Positions 1 through 15,504 of a DNA stretch of 64,000 nucleotides are shown piece by piece (within the stretch, counting starts at the first letter, position 1; each line of letters begins with the position of its first letter). The position numbers were made by a program, and so were the translations under genes. The DNA lies in assembly GCF_018350175.1 (NCBI RefSeq), contig NC_058368.1, forward strand, positions 4,464,001 through 4,528,000, written 5' to 3'. The DNA comes from Felis catus. Its lineage: Eukaryota. Under the pieces are notes generated by a model. The model was not told the origin of the DNA and did no database searches. It was given only the letters and a program-made list of their open reading frames with translations.

Positions 1-920
1 ATGCCCTAAAATACAGACCCTAATTTATCTCTCTGGCTCAGAGCCCTCTCCTCAACTCCTGCCTACTCAACATCACCATGTGAACACCAATTGGCACCTC
101 AACTTAACTTGAACCAAACGAAGCCTCCAGGCCCCTCCCTCTTAGTTGACAGCAACTCACTATGTCTTTTCAGTTGATCAGCTTAAAAATCTTGGTTCCC
201 CTTCAAAATGCTGTGTCTCTAGAATCTGACACCTCCTATGACTCCACTGCCACCACTTTGGTCAAGCCGCCATCTTTCTCATCACGATTACTGCAAAACC
301 CCTTCTGACAGGCCTCTCCTCCACCCTTACCTCTCTGCAGCCTATCTCGGTGTCAGCAGGACATGACCTGCCATCAAAATGTAAGACAGATCACCCTACT
401 TCTCTGCTCAAACCCCCAAATGACTTCCCATCTCACTCGAGGAAAAGCCCTGAACACAGCTCCCCCTTGCGTCTGCCTCCACCTCTTCCCGCTCCCCTCG
501 CTCACTCCACTCGCCACTTTGCCCTTTTTGCTTCTCAGATGTGTCCAGCTACCTAGGGTCCTCTGCCCTTGCCGTGCCTCCTTCTGGAACTTTCTTCCCC
601 TAAGAGCCACAGGCTTATTCCTGCACCTCCTTCAAGTCTATGCTCATTTGTCCCGCCCCCAGCCCCGTCAACTCTGTTTAAAATCCACACCCGTTCACAT
701 TCCTTAACCCCTTCCCCATCCAGTTTTCTCTACAGCTTGTATTAACTAATAAAATACTGTGTTCTTTACCTATTTAGGTCGGTCTTATCTCCCTTACAGA
801 AATATAAACCGCTCCAGAGCAGGAATTTCCACCTGTGTTACACACTGATTTATTTCTAGGGCCTACAATAATATCTGACACATCGTGGGCACTCGGTAAA
901 TACTTGTCAAATCAATGGCT
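1..920 (+). mobile_element. Ancient LINE-2 3' portion
   Basis: L2-like motifs (ccactgccaccactttggtcaagcc, cagatcac...ctctgctcaaacc) and L2-type end tctgacacatcgtgggcactcggtaaatacttgtc. Confidence 0.65.
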
Positions 921-1141
921 GATGACAGAGAACGAAGATGATGCCTTTTATACATCTGTTTGGTCTCAAACAGCCTACAAAGACCATACACTTAGGGCAT
1001 GGGTTTAGGGTTCAGCCCTGACGCTTTTTGGCACAAGAACTAACCCTGGGTTCCTATCCTATAAAGTGGATACGAACATCTACCTCACAGGGCTGTGGAG
1101 GCACTGAATAATGGCCCAGAGTAAGCATCATACTATTATCA

Positions 1142-1678
1142 CAGCGGACCCTTGAACAACACGGGTTTGAACTGTGTGGGTGCACTTACACATGGATATT
1201 TTTCAACAGATACAGTATAGTACTATAAACGTACTTTCTCTTACTAACATTTTTCCTCCAGTTTACTTTATTATAATACAGTACATAGGGGCGCCTGGGT
1301 GGCGCAGTCGGTTAAGCGTCCGACTTCAGCCAGGTCACGATCTCGCGGTCCATGAGTTCGAGCCCCACGTCGGGCTCTGGGCTGATGGCTCACAGCCTGG
1401 AGCCTGTTTCCGATTCTGTGTCTCCCTCTCTCTCTGCCCCTCCCCCGTTCATGCTCTGTCTCTCTCTGTCCCAAAAATAAATAAACGTTGAAAAAAAAAA
1501 TACAGTACATAATACATATCACGTACCAAATACGGATGACAAACCGTTTGTCATTGGTAAGGCTTCCAGTTGACAGTGGGCTGTCAGTAGTTAAGTTTTG
1601 GGGAGTCAAAAGTTACATGTGGATTTTCAACTATGTGGGGGGGGTGTCAGCACCCCTGCACTGTTCAAGGGTCAACCG
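1142..1678. mobile_element. Non-autonomous Tigger2/MER8-like DNA transposon interrupted by a SINE
   Basis: Terminal inverted repeats CAGCGGACCCTTGAACA ... TGTTCAAGGGTCAACCG followed by TA. Confidence 0.75.
1288..1498 (+). mobile_element. Young felid CAN-SINE
   Basis: GGGGCGCCTGGGTGGCGCAG head, A/B boxes, (CT)n, A tail, TSD AATACAGTACATA. Confidence 0.95.
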
Positions 1679-2896
1679 TACATAAAATAATAATAAGAAA
1701 ACATCCTAACAATCTGGTGACCACAATGACCACAGAAAAACATACAAATTGTCCTACGATCTATTTAGGAGCTAAATGGGGTGTAACAAATTGTTCAGAG
1801 ACAAGGGCGTCTAAGGGAAGTGAAAAGTGAAAAGGCTTTGTGAAAGACGTGGGTTTGGGGCTGAACACTGAAAACCGTATAGGATTTGAACAGACAGACT
1901 GGGATGGGGGAGCTGTTCCCCATGCAGGGACCGACATGAGCAAAGGGGGGAGTGAGATGTGCCTACGGCTTCGCAGAGAGCCTCGAAGGGTCAAGGGAGA
2001 CGGCTGCTTGCAAAAGAAATGGCCATTTTTAAGAACACTTTGGAGAAGACAGGAACATACTAGAGAGAGAAGGGATACGCACGGAAGGAATAAAGACAGA
2101 ACAGAATCAACGATGTGATCTTCCGCCCACACAGAGTTCATTCCCAGAGTTCCCTCTCAACCCATGAAGGGCACGTCCATCCAGATGCTCAACCGGAAAC
2201 CGAGGGTAGCCGGCACACCGTGTCCTCCTCCCTCTCAACCCACCACCAAGTCTTGGAGGTTCCAGCTCCGACAGGTATCTTGAACTGAACAGTTCCAGCA
2301 TCACAACTACCCTGCTCCTGACCCTGTGTGGAACTATCACGGCAATTTAATATGCCTTTGAACACCTACTATATACGCTTATATTTGTACTACCGTGTAA
2401 CGTTTCCTTTATATACCATAAATCATAAAGAGCTCAGCAGAGCACGAGGCAAGACTTTCACAAACCCCAGGATGCTTCTTCCCACCTTCCCATCCAGCAC
2501 TCTTCTCTCTGAAAAGGAGGTTCATATACCCACATGCTTTTATAGTCCTAGCCTATATTCAACCTTGTCTTCAGCAGACACATTGATCTTTCCCCTCCGC
2601 TCATCCTAATCCTAACCGACGTGGTTGGGTTGAACACAGAAACCGGCTGACTTAAAATGAACAGAATTTAAATTAGCATCAATGAAAATTTAAGTATGAC
2701 TTCACTCTCGACGTGCACAAGAAATAAACTACCTCGGTTGGAGAGAATATATTTCCAATTACTGGCTCTATTTAAAGATCAGGTCTATCTAAACAGGCAG
2801 AAAATCTCAATAAGTGGGGCTCTGAGGACATTAAAAGAGAATGCTAATTTAGAGCCACGTAAAATAGAAGCTGAGTTTTGCGAAAATCCTGTTTTA

Positions 2897-3076
<180 letters not shown>

Positions 3077-3209
3077 CTACATTTAAAATGTAAACGGTAG
3101 AAGGCATAATAAGTACCATGACACGGAGGCCCACGCAATAAAAATATAGGCTAACTCTGACCCCCTCTGTTCTACAGGTGATCACTACTTTAAAATGAAA
3201 GTAAGGGAT

Positions 3210-3446
3210 GGGCCACCTGGGTGGCTCAGTCAGTTAAGCGTCCGACTTCGGCTCAGGTCATGATCCCATGGCTCGTGAGTTCAAGCCCTGAGTCGGGCTC
3301 TGTGCTGACAGCTCGGAGCCTGGAGCCTGTTTCAGATTCTGTGTCTCCCTCTCTCTCTCTCTGCCCCTCCCCAACTTGTACTCACATGAGCTCTCTCTCT
3401 CTCTCTCTCTCTCGCTCAAAAATAAACATTAAAAAAAATAATAAAT
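3210..3446 (+). mobile_element. CAN-SINE
   Basis: tRNA-like head, CT tract, A-rich tail. Confidence 0.9.
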
Positions 3447-3692
3447 AAGGGTTTACACAGAGTGAATAAAGCTTTTAGATTCAGAAACTAGCATGGGGTA
3501 TAAACACATACTTGACTGGAGTTCTCGGTCATGGGTTCTGGAGGGACATACCCAACCATACCCAATTTTACCCAACACACGTGCTATAAAGCACCTTTAA
3601 CCAGGTAAAGACTACAGGCAGTAAGAATCTGGGTAGTCTAGAATGTAATTGTTATATATTTCTTTATCGTACTTTAAAAATGAGGAGTTCTT

Positions 3693-3929
3693 GGGGTCCC
3701 TGGGTGGCTCAGTCGGTTGAGCGTCTGACTTCGGCTCAGGTCATGATCTCACAGCTCGTGAGTTCGAGCCCCACGTCGGGCTCTGTACTGACAGCTCAGA
3801 GCCTGGAGCCTGCTTCTGCTTCTGTGTCTCCCTCTCTCTCTGCCCCCAACCCACTTATATTCTGTCTCTGTCTCTCTCAAAAATAAACAAACATTTAGGA
3901 AAAAAAATTTTTTTAATAAAAACAAATTT
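3693..3929 (+). mobile_element. CAN-SINE
   Basis: Full structure, TSD AAATGAGGAGTTCTT. Confidence 0.92.
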
Positions 3930-4135
3930 AAATGAGGAGTTCTTTATGAGATGAATAATTAAACCATTTTCATATTCATAGCATTTACAGAATTAATAAT
4001 CCCACAGTCCAATTTTAGGGCTTAGTAACACTCAGGCATTTTTAAAGGTATAATTACATTATCACTGAATTTTGGGTTCAAACGGTAGCAAACACAGATG
4101 AGACCTAGACTATAAAGCGAGGGGAATACACATAC

Positions 4136-4318
4136 CAAGTCATCTGGAGATTCTGCATGTAGACCATCAACTATCACGTGATTTCCAGCGACTACAAAGT
4201 TTTGACGAATGTGTTCTGGCAAGAGATGCTTCTCAATCTTGTTGGGAAAGTTAGTTCCCATGAGAAATGTATTACTCAAATCCAAGATTTTAACATTCAG
4301 GTCCACTGCTCTCTTACG
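4136..4318 (-). CDS. MIPEP: MIPEP exon 6 (183 nt)
   Basis: [61 protein letters not shown]; atgtag|CGT and TTG|gtatgt; phase 0/0. Confidence 0.95.
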
Positions 4319-5385
4319 CTACATGCGGAGGGAGTAAAAGTTATTTAAAGGCATTTAAAGTATTTCACAACTGACTTAACAGACCATCTATTAAGACAGT
4401 AAAGCAACATATTGAATAAGACACTAAATATATTAAATGAAATGAATATTGAGTATATTCCTTGTGCCATAAATATATAATATACTACGAATTATGTGAA
4501 TTCTATTTTTGATATGTATTTAATATCTTAACAAAATGATTATCCTATGGTTTTTATAGTGTTTCTATGCTTAATATTTACATATGTTCTAGAGCTCTGA
4601 TATGCCTAGGTTATATAATCTTTGAAATTAACAACATTGAGAGGTACACAATCCTTCCCTATCCCCCCCAAAAACCTCTTAGTTAAGCGAATCAGAGAAT
4701 AGCAGGTAGTTGAATCTAATCAATATGATACTTATAAGTGTTTGTGGGCTAAAAAGAGTATTTGAAGGACACATTTGAAAACATCCTCGATCCTAAAAGA
4801 TTAGACAGAAAGGTCAAAGGGAAGGAAAGGATTACTGTAAGTCTTCACAAGAGCGTAATGAGCATGCAGAAGGGGACACACGTTAGCAGTTCTGCCTCTG
4901 CACACACTTGATTAGCTAGAGAAGGCCAGCAGGGGGGGGGGGGGGGGGGGGGCAGAGCCAGACGGAGCCTGCAGGGCCGACTGTATCTTCCGGCTCCATG
5001 CCTGGCACCCGTCAGCCCGCCGAGCCCCTGGCCATGATGTTAGATGGTGCTGGCACACCTATGTGGGGTTTTTTCTTGCATTCACGCCTTGAGGATATAC
5101 AATCCCCTAAGAAAGCATGTATTAGCCGAGGGGTGACACGGATGTTTTGAATGAAACCTAACTACAGTGCACATAATCAGCCAGCTCTACTGGAGGACGA
5201 GGATGAATTTGCAGTTATTGTTACTAGGAAACTAGACGGGCATCTGGACCTGTGAAAGGCTTCGGGTGAAATCAGATGCACGTCTTTCTGGGAAGGGGGT
5301 CAGTAGCTGTCAGCACATTCTGAACTGTACTATGACCCCAAAACATGGTTAAGCAGCACTAATTTTTTTTTAAAGGTATTTAAGA

Positions 5386-5609
5386 GGGGCGCCTGGGTGG
5401 CTCAATTGGTTGGGCTTCCAACTTCGGCTCAGGTCGTGATCTCGCGGCTTGTGAGTTCGAGCTCTGCGTCGGGCTCTGTGCTGACAGCTCAGGGCCTGGA
5501 GCCTGCTTCGGATTCTGTGTCTCCCTCTTTCTCTCTACCCCTCTCCCACTCATGCTCTGTCTCTCTCTTCTCAAAAATAAATAAAAACATTTAAAAAAAA
5601 TTTTTTTAA
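5386..5609 (+). mobile_element. CAN-SINE
   Basis: Full structure, TSD AAAGGTATTT(A/T)AGA. Confidence 0.92.
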
Positions 5610-8539
5610 AAAGGTATTTTAGATGGTGATGTACACTTGATAAGATGCTGGGGAAAAAATTAAGTATATGTTAATAACCAAAAATTCTACAATACAGAAA
5701 ATTCAAACTTCGTGGGAAAACTGAGTTTTCAGATACTTCAAGGTCTTTATTAGTCCAGATTTCCTGTTGCCTATTTTGTTTCTACTATGACCATTTATCA
5801 CCACCTAATGGTAATCATTGGAATAACCCAAAAAGGCAAAAGATGGGGAATAGCACTACAGTTCCAAAATGTTCCACAAAACCTTGACTATGAAAAAATA
5901 AAGTGATGAGATTATTTCAAAGAATTTACCACCTGTTAAAGTCCCCCTGGAATTAAAAACTGGGTTTCCTTCCTGCCCTCACCAATTTTCTAGGCATAGC
6001 ATTTCATCATTCTGGGATAAAGATGCAGTATTCACGCTTCTAAGAATTCTATGAGATTGTTGTGCTAAGTTATCAAATGATTGCTAAAAAATATATACAT
6101 CCATTAATTTTAAGCTTTTCAATTATATTCATGCGAGACCTTTACAATAAAATAAGAAATAACGTGGGAAAAATACAGAAAAAAATATACAGGCCTTTAT
6201 AATCTGTACATTAGGTTGGTGGGTTTCTTTCAAGATCTCTCTTTTAAAAAGGGTAACGTGTCTCCTCTTACCTGTCTTAGTGGTGCACCTTTGAGAACAG
6301 ACAGAAATTATAAGAGAGGAATTCAGAAGGTTTACTTGACTTGCATGTTTAATGCTCATGAGTTCCCAGGGAGTTATGTGCCGCGCGGGGGGCAGCTACC
6401 CTTGTAAGAACACTCAAGACGTAAAAGCAGCAAGTTCAATGCCGGCAAAACCGACCTTGACCTGACACCCAACGCTTCTGGGTAAAGTTTCAAAAACATG
6501 GTTCCTGAAGATTACATAAGATAATAAGACTGTTCACCTACTTTCTCTACCAGGAACGACAGTATTCTCCACTATCTTCCTTCTGAATGCCAGACCTGAT
6601 TAGTATTAGCTAGTATTATTATGATTCCCATACGGTCATTCAATATTTGCTGAGGCCAAAACTGGAAAAAAACATGACCCGTGTTCTTGGTCCTTGAGAA
6701 GCCTGTAATTTAGACAAGTAACGCACAGGAACCGCTTCGAGAAAAGGCAGGAAGAGGTACATGCCATGTGCATGAAATACATAAAATGGGAGTTCCGATG
6801 AATACAAACTTTCACCTGGGGAACTGGTAAGAGCTTCGCAGACATGGTGGTCTGAGGATGAAGCCTGGGCGGGGGCTTGCGGCAGGCGGGCCGGGTGAGC
6901 AGACGGCAGGGGGAGGATGGGGACCACGCACGAAAGTGGTCCAACGGTGTCACGAGTTACGGGGGAGCACAGGGAAGGCTGGGAGAGCACTGCCACGGAC
7001 ACTCTTCGTTACGTATTAGCTGCCATTGATACTTTTTCAATAGGCAATGGAGAGTGACTGAAAGGTTCTGGGCAGGACGGTAAGGATCACACCAAGACTT
7101 TAAGGAAATCACTTCAGCATTCACAGACAGGTCAGACTGACCAGCAGACAACCCGAGCCGGGTTGGCGAGCAGCCTCTGGAGTCCGAGCCTCCTGCAGCT
7201 ACTGGCCCTGTGACCCTGGGTAGATCACAGAAACTCGAGGTGCCCCCGTCCCTCATCTACAAAACGGGAGCGACAGCAAGCGCCTCAGAGAGGCTATAAA
7301 GATGTGATGAAATACACATGCTTCAAACAGCAAATGCTTAATTATCAATTGCTTAACCATCAACTATAATGAGTGTCAGCAAGACCAGGACCTTTAGGAC
7401 AGCCCAGTGTGGCGATAAGGTTCAAGGTGAGCTGTCGGGGGGGCGGGGACAGATGCAGAAGCTCTGCAGAACGATCCGAGGATTCTGTCACGAATTACGG
7501 CATGAAAGTACTGGGAACAAAAAAATGCAAACTAACCCCCAATTTTTATTTGAGTGACTCAGAGAACAGCGGACTCATTATACCGAGAAGTGGTAATAAA
7601 ATCTGGCTTGAAGAGAGGCCGATTTTAAGCAACATGAATTTACAGTAGTGCCTGTCAGCCTCTGAAGACTGCTGGGAGGCATGTGTGGGCTCAGGGTTCG
7701 GTCAGGAGTCTCGTGCTGAGCCCTTAAAGCCAAATAAACACATCCACGTGTTTACAAGCAGCCCCAGCATTATTCAAACCCAGCACCAATCAAAATGATG
7801 TTACCTATTGTAGATGACACATACCCTCAAGACTGTGACCTGTACTTTCTAGAATACTCTGATGAACTAACCTCTATTAACAGGTAAGTGGATTTGTGTT
7901 CTATTTATTAGGAGAAACATACCTACAAAAAAAAAAAAAAAAAAGCATAACCATAATAGACTGCAGGCAACTAGGGAGATAACTGTGGAGCGGGCGGATT
8001 TTCAGGGGTGGTCAACTCGCCCCCATTCTCCCAGCCCTCATACTGAAATGAGGCATTCAAGTTTCGTAGGATACTGCGTTCTAGAAAGAGAAGTGGCCAG
8101 GGCTAGAAAATCTGGATACTAAGGATGAGAACTTGAGCAGATCACTTTGTCCTATTTCCGGATCTGTGAAAGGAGGGGTGTTAACAATGCATAAGGTCGC
8201 TCCTGTCCCAGGGTAGACACTGTAGACCCCCTGCTTCCTGTTTCCGGAACAAAACCATGTGGATCTGTCAAAGACGTGTGTAATGTGAACACGCGCACTC
8301 CTGTCACGTTCTTAACAATGTTCCCTGTGCGTCCACTTCCAACCTCGACCTTCACAACTCTCAGCCTTCCTGCTCACGTACCTCTTTCCCGATATTGCCC
8401 ATCTAAATGCACATCTAAAACACCCCCAGTGTCTCAAGCAAGGTCTTAATTCCGAATCGTCACGGGTGGCAGACTTGCAGAGTCTGAGCACTACATTCAG
8501 ACCCAACTAATCGAAGTATCTTGCGACACAAACAGCCTA

Positions 8540-8752
<213 letters not shown>

Positions 8753-8824
8753 TTATTCACATAATCACTTTCTTGGTAAATAAATTGGACTTTTCAACCA
8801 TACTCTGAAAAAGTCAGATGTATC

Positions 8825-8826
<2 letters not shown>

Positions 8827-8872
<46 letters not shown>
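8827..8872. repeat. (CA)n microsatellite just upstream of the MIPEP exon 5 acceptor
   Basis: ~23 perfect CA units. Confidence 0.95.
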
Positions 8873-8877
<5 letters not shown>

Positions 8878-9634
8878 ACTTTCTTTAAAACCAGGAGCTT
8901 AACATCTTAGAAGTCAGTCCAAACATCTAGCTGACGGACTGGGCTTTTAAGCTCTCCGATGGGTGATTTAGTATCATATACGTCATGCTAACTGTACGAT
9001 GTCTTAAACTGACAATTTTAACTGACAAAGGAATGACAATTTCTCCAATGAGGCCAATTTACCTGCCGTGGGTTTTTTTGTTTGTTTGTTTTTTCTGGAA
9101 AAGATGGCCATCTTTTTGACTGTCCACCGTCTTTCCTTCAAAAAAACACTTGCTGCATACTTTACACAACCCACCAAATAAGTACTTGCGGGCTGTACAC
9201 ATGCTAAGTGCAAGTAGGTAAAACTCTATAATCCAGCATGTATATTTAACGGAACTACAGAGTATGATAGACTGCTTGTGGGTAAAGACGTGTGTGTTCC
9301 GCAAGGCACAGGTCCCAGAAGGAAACCGATACTTTTTGAATGAATGAACACATCTTTAACTTGTTGTTAAAGATACAACAAGTGTCCTAACAAGGATACA
9401 AATGAAGAATTTGGGAACTTCAAAGCGAGACCATCAGAAACATCCTTCCACAGGTCAGCACTATGTGAACCATCACCCTTCATTCCTGCATCGCTGTTAA
9501 AAGGCAGGTTCCTTAGTTATCTGCTCCCATCCACCTAGCGCTATATCTGCTAAGACTTGTGATGGAAGGTTCCCTCACCATTTCCAGAATTCATACTAGC
9601 ATGCACCGTAGAAAGCAACATCTTTTTTCTTCAC

Positions 9635-9746
9635 ATTTTTTTTTAATATAATTTATCATCAAGTTGGCTATCATACAGCGCATACAGCGTGCTTTTGGTT
9701 TTGGGGTGGATTCCCATGATTCATCGCTTACATACAACACCCAGTG
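9635..9746 (-). mobile_element. Short 5'-truncated carnivore L1 3' end
   Basis: T tract followed by ...cttacatacaacacccagtg, the reverse complement of the L1 3' UTR motif also seen at ~40178-40197. Confidence 0.7.
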
Positions 9747-12446
9747 AGAGCAAGGTTTTTAATAATCATCAAATGCATCTGCAGACTTAAAAACATGCCC
9801 TAATTTTCCCCACCTTACCTTGATGTAACAATTTCATCAGGACACTAAAAAGAACAGGAAACAATGGAGCAGAAAGTATCCTGAACAACATCTAAAGGAA
9901 GGGGTACCTTTTCATTAATTTTCTCCTGTAATATTTTATGCTTAGAAGTCCATCTCTCCCTTTTTAGTTCTAAGCTAACTTGATGTTGTTTACTTTCCCG
10001 TTAGATACCAAAGGAACCCAAATACTGAATTCATACATGTACTAATTGAGAGAAAATTTGGCGAGCTATGGAAACAGAACGAGTACACGCAGCTCTTCAA
10101 ATCTACTTCAGTGGAAAACAGGATCCCTGATGTCCGGGAGATAAGGATCTAATACCACTTGTAAGTAAATCTGACCGGTAGATACGTTATCAGGGGATCA
10201 GGAAACAAGAGCGTATCTGAAAGCACTTCTGCCAGTATTACTAACCTGTAAGTAACAAATAACTGCACGTCACTTCTTTATTAGCATGGGAAAATTACTC
10301 CTTAAGTGGTAACTATTTATTTGGGTGGTGACGGGGAGGAGGACTAGAAGTGAGGCAATCACCCGAATTAACCCCTTCTTCCCTACACCACCAGCCTAGG
10401 CCAGGCTGCTGTAACCCTTGCCAGCCCTCCGGCCCTCCAGGAAGACCTCTGTCAAGGTCAGCAGTCCTTAGTGTGATTAAACCGGCATCCCATGAATCAC
10501 CCTATCCTCCGCTGCGAGGCCTCTGCAGGCTGCCCCCCACTACCAACCAAATCAGGTTCCTCTGCTGTAGGCTCCGGAGGCATTTGTGATTTCCACTCAA
10601 CAACCTTAATCCAAAAAAAAAAAAAAAAAAAATCGTTGGGAGAACACAGAATCTTTGCAAAAGGTTATGTTGGAGCCACGCGAGGGAGTCATGGATGCTT
10701 AAATATAATAAGCAGAGAGAACGAAACACAGCGGCAACCAGTGTTTTAAAAAGTCAATACATGTATTACAGAGCGTGAAAAATAGTTACGATTAGCTTTA
10801 CGTGTAGAAGCCTGTTCCTTATTCATAGACTACAAACCTATGAACGCCACCATGATAATTACTTATTTATTTCAACTCCATCCAAACCCCAATAATTAAA
10901 ACCATGAAACAGAGTACACTTGGACAATTTTTCAAAGGCCTTGCGCACGAGGTTTTCAGTTTTTCTTCCAACTGGTAGCAGCCACTTGAACATTAAATTC
11001 TTTGATGCTGTGCCGGAAGCGGGGTTTCTTGGCTGATGGGACGTGTTTTCTTTTCTCTTTAATGCTGCTGCACGCTTGGAACCAATTTCAAGTGTAACAC
11101 CTCTTTCTGTCAATAGTAATTTTTTTAACTATTTTTTTTCGGGAATTAAGTTATCCAAATATTTGATCTACTCTCCTGGCTTTCCCTGACTCTTTAGAAA
11201 GGGTCTACTTATCTTCCTGATTATTGCCCACTATACTCTGAATGGACAGAATTAACGTTCTTCTAAAAATTCTGAAAATTCAACAGACCACGTTAATAAT
11301 TTAGTCACTCACCTTCTTTCTTAAATAATGTTAAGGACTTCACTCGAGCCCCTAAAATATCCCCATTATCTCTATCTCACGGTGATCTCCCTTCCTGAAC
11401 AGTCAACCTGAAAAACATTCCACTTTATCTTTTCTAGCAAAGGTATTTTCTGTTTGTTTTTATAAGACAAAAAAAGCAAAAAAAAAGAAAACGGGGGTTG
11501 ATAAATAGGGATGGAAATTTATTGTATAATGTAAGTTTATTACATTATATAATGTAGGTTTATTGTATAACAGCTTTACTGTAGAAATGTAGGAAAAAAT
11601 TAAAATCGCTAATCTCAGCAAAGACAACCACTATTAAAGTTCTTCTATTTCCCTCCAATCTACTTATGTTTTTAAGACGACGTGAAACTAACTACGATAA
11701 GGTTAGAGAAATTAGCACATAGTAGGTACTGGAAAAATGTTTGCTGAGTTTCCGAACGGACATAAAGGGCGCCGAATTCCTCACACTGGAACATCGCTCG
11801 CCCTGGCTATTGGGCTGGGTGAGCCAGTGGGGGACACCCAACAGGATGTCGGTCCCGAAATGCACAGGCAGAGGCAGTATCTTTGGTCTCAGGAAGACAC
11901 TGTCTCAGTGGCAACGAACGTGTGGCTAACACCAACAAGAGAAGACCTTCCCTTGGCTTCTATCCAATTTACTCTCGGTTTATTATACTCCTTGTTTTGA
12001 GTAAGTGGGAGCCAACTAACACGGACGTTTGTATCCTGCTTTTTCTTGTGAAATTGTACCACACACACTGAACATTTCTTTAAATGCCATCAAAACCATG
12101 GCTTTTAACGTTCGTAACATTTGGTCCCACGAACTAAAAATATTTTCATTCTATGATAAAATTCCTTGCCACATAAATCTCTTTATCCTTTTCTTTATGA
12201 TACATTCCAAGAAATTGAGCAAAAAGGGATCCTCCGTAACTATTTATCAACTGACACCTAACTAGAGGGGACCCATTATCCCAAACCATTAAAACACTAT
12301 TCTTAACTCTGTTTCTATTCTGTTAAGTGACGGGCTCTCTGTTCTATCTTTCTTTAAGGATGGAAGGGTCTCATTCTTTGAATGGCTACTGTGTGCAAGA
12401 CACTGGCAAAACATTTTACTTTCATTATTTCATTTAAACTTCATAT

Positions 12447-12685
12447 GGGGCGCCTGGGTGGCTCAGTCGGTTGAGCGTCCGACTTCGGCTCAGGTCACAA
12501 TCTCACAGTTTTTGAGTTCGAGCCCCGCGTCAGGCTCTGTGCTGACAGCTCAGAGCCTGGAGCCTGTTTCGGATACCGTGTCCCCCCCCCCCCCTCTGCC
12601 CCTCCCCCCCAACATGCTCGGTCGCTCTCTCTCAAAAATAAAGCATTAAAAAATTTAAAAGTAGAAACATAAAAAATAACATAAA
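12447..12685 (+). mobile_element. CAN-SINE
   Basis: Head GGGGCGCCTGGGTGGCTCAG, A tail. Confidence 0.9.
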
Positions 12686-14000
12686 AATCCCGTTGGCATT
12701 TTTAGGAACATCTAGAAATGCGGTATGCATCCTGTCAGAACAAGTCCTTTGTACCTAAAATGGTCCGCTGTTCCACTACAATTTTTATACATTAAATACA
12801 GAAAAGTCCATCTTTAGCAAAATCAGATAACGAATAACCTGTGGTCGCTACTCAGTCAACACCAGCTGAGTATAAATGCAGCACAGTGAGCAGGCATTCA
12901 GCCTCTCCTTGTTTTGCTAATGAAGACAGTATCAGGCTCAAGGCTAAAATCAGAGTGAAGACAAACTAGTCTGATGATAACCACCAGCTTTCCCAGTATC
13001 CTCAGCATGAGAATTGACGAAGTGAAATAAGGTCAAACAAGCATCTGCATACTAGGAATTCGGGGGAAATTAATGCCCCAAAGACAGCCTCATTGTGCAA
13101 TTCGTATGGCACGGTACTCATACATCAGATATATAACAAAACCCCATTATCGACGGATCCCTGCAGAGCAGGGCTTCGTGGGGGCTCAGAAGCCCTGTGT
13201 GGAGACAGAAAGAAGGAAGCAGGAGGAGAGAGAATCGGAGAGTGAAAAGAAGTAAACAACACAAACAGGTAAGAAAACGTATACCCTCTGAGCCACGAGA
13301 TGAGTAATATATAGATGGCTTAATGACAAAGTTATAAAATTATTAATACGGACATGAATGTGCGCAAAGAAACATGGCATCCAAGATCCTGTATCAAATA
13401 TTTTGGGGGGCTGACCTAGAAATGTAGCTTTTTCAGTTCGGAATAATGAAGGTCATCTAAGGAACCAAAGGAAATCATTTCAAGGATCTTGACATCCCAC
13501 CAGTCCATAAAATCAACTGGTTTCTATCTTCCGGTGGTATCCATGATGGAACTTCACGCGTGAAGCTAAGTGTAATTCCCAACTGTTTAGAGGAACTCAT
13601 TCCTTTGGTAAGCACCTACTACAGGCCAGGAACCGCTCTAGGAGCCGGGATTCAGCTCTGAACAAAACAGACCAGGTCCCTGCCCTCCCGGAGCTCCCCA
13701 TCTAGGGTGGCGGAGAGATGTAAACAAATGAGCCAACAGAAATGCTAGAAAAGGCCAGGACTAAGAAGAGAACAGGAGCAGGGTAAGAGGACAGGGCGTG
13801 ACCTGGTACAGAGGAGGAGGAGTGAAGGCCTAAAGAAAGTGCAGGAGTCGTGCAGACTCCAGGAAGAAATGTTCCAGACGGAGGGGGCTGCAGACGGAGG
13901 GGGGCTCCGGAGTGCGGAGACGCGGTGGGGGTGGGGATGGGGGTGGGGGAGCCACCCGCTGGCCTCTGTGGTCACAACCATAAGGAACGCAAAGCAGTCA

Positions 14001-14285
<285 letters not shown>

Positions 14286-15504
14286 TCAGGCGGGGATGTC
14301 AGGGTACTGAGGGTTCCGAAAGGTAAGAGGATGCATCTGAAGCCACAACCAGCAGCTGGAAGCAGAAGAGCAGTCGGGAGGGAGGGGACGGGAGGAACGT
14401 AGCTGGCGATCTGAGCCCGCTGCCATTGAGAACTCATTCCGTTAGCAATAGGCCAATGGCCACTTCTCTTTTGGTCTTTTTAGTGAGAAAGTAGCGAGGA
14501 TGGGAGGAAGGATGGGCACAAAGATTTTGCGGTTCCCGAGTGAAGAGCCTAGAACCCGGGTAACCTTTGCCCTCCCGGGCCAGAGTGGCAGGCCCACACC
14601 CCTGGGAGAGTTCAAGGACACGGGCTTCAGGGACACGCCCTCGAGCTGCAACACCAAGCCCACCGCTACTCTGTGACCTCGGGCAAGTTATTTGAATCCC
14701 CCCAGCTTGTCCGGCTTCAGGTCACCCTAAGGGTTAAATGACATGCTACGTGTAGAGCACACACTCCCCACCCTAGTGGACAAACACTAGCCTTGCCAGC
14801 CTGCCCTTGCCCCCCACCCCCACCCCCACCCCCAACAGCAGTTTTGCCCTCAGCCCGGGTCGACATCCCACAGTCAGGTCCTCAGTCCTTCTTTCCCGGA
14901 CGCCAAAAAGTCCTGGCACTCTCGGGGCTAAACAGTGAACTGGTTTGGGATACGATCTGCTCCCTGCCTGGTAGGTCCTCTGGGAAGGACAAGGCGGTAA
15001 GAACCATGAGCCAGTCCATACTCAGGCACCCGAGGTCCCCAGTCAGTGCGTAATCAAACACCTGCAGCTTTGTAGAAATTGAAGGGTTTCTGTTGCTGTG
15101 GTTCTCACCGGCCACCGCAGAGACTGAGGGGACTGAGGCACTCACCGCCACTGGGAGGATGCTCGCCCAGAAGGGCAGGCATACCACGGCTCCTGCACCC
15201 GGGCATCACTCCCAGGAAACCGGGAGAAAACCGACGTGGGCGCCTATCTCCTCCAGGCCTGCTCACCCTACGGGCCACCGCGTGTCACAAGGACAGGTTT
15301 AGAGGCAGCCGCAGTGTCCTCCCTTCAGAGGTTTGAGCCAACGTCCCACGTGACGTTTTGTGTCCTAAGATCCTGAGATAAGGTCTCTAGCCTACAGCTG
15401 GCATCAACTCTAAACAAACACACCTCATCTCAGGCTTTTATTTCCGCTACTGGAAATAGATTCCTCCAGGATCAATGGAAGCAGTTAAGATAGGACTCGG
15501 TTAA

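Noticed and set aside
1174..1491. Recurrent ORFs such as GAPGWRSRLSVRLQPGHDL and MAQSVERPTSAQV
   Set aside because: Translations of CAN-SINE bodies, not proteins
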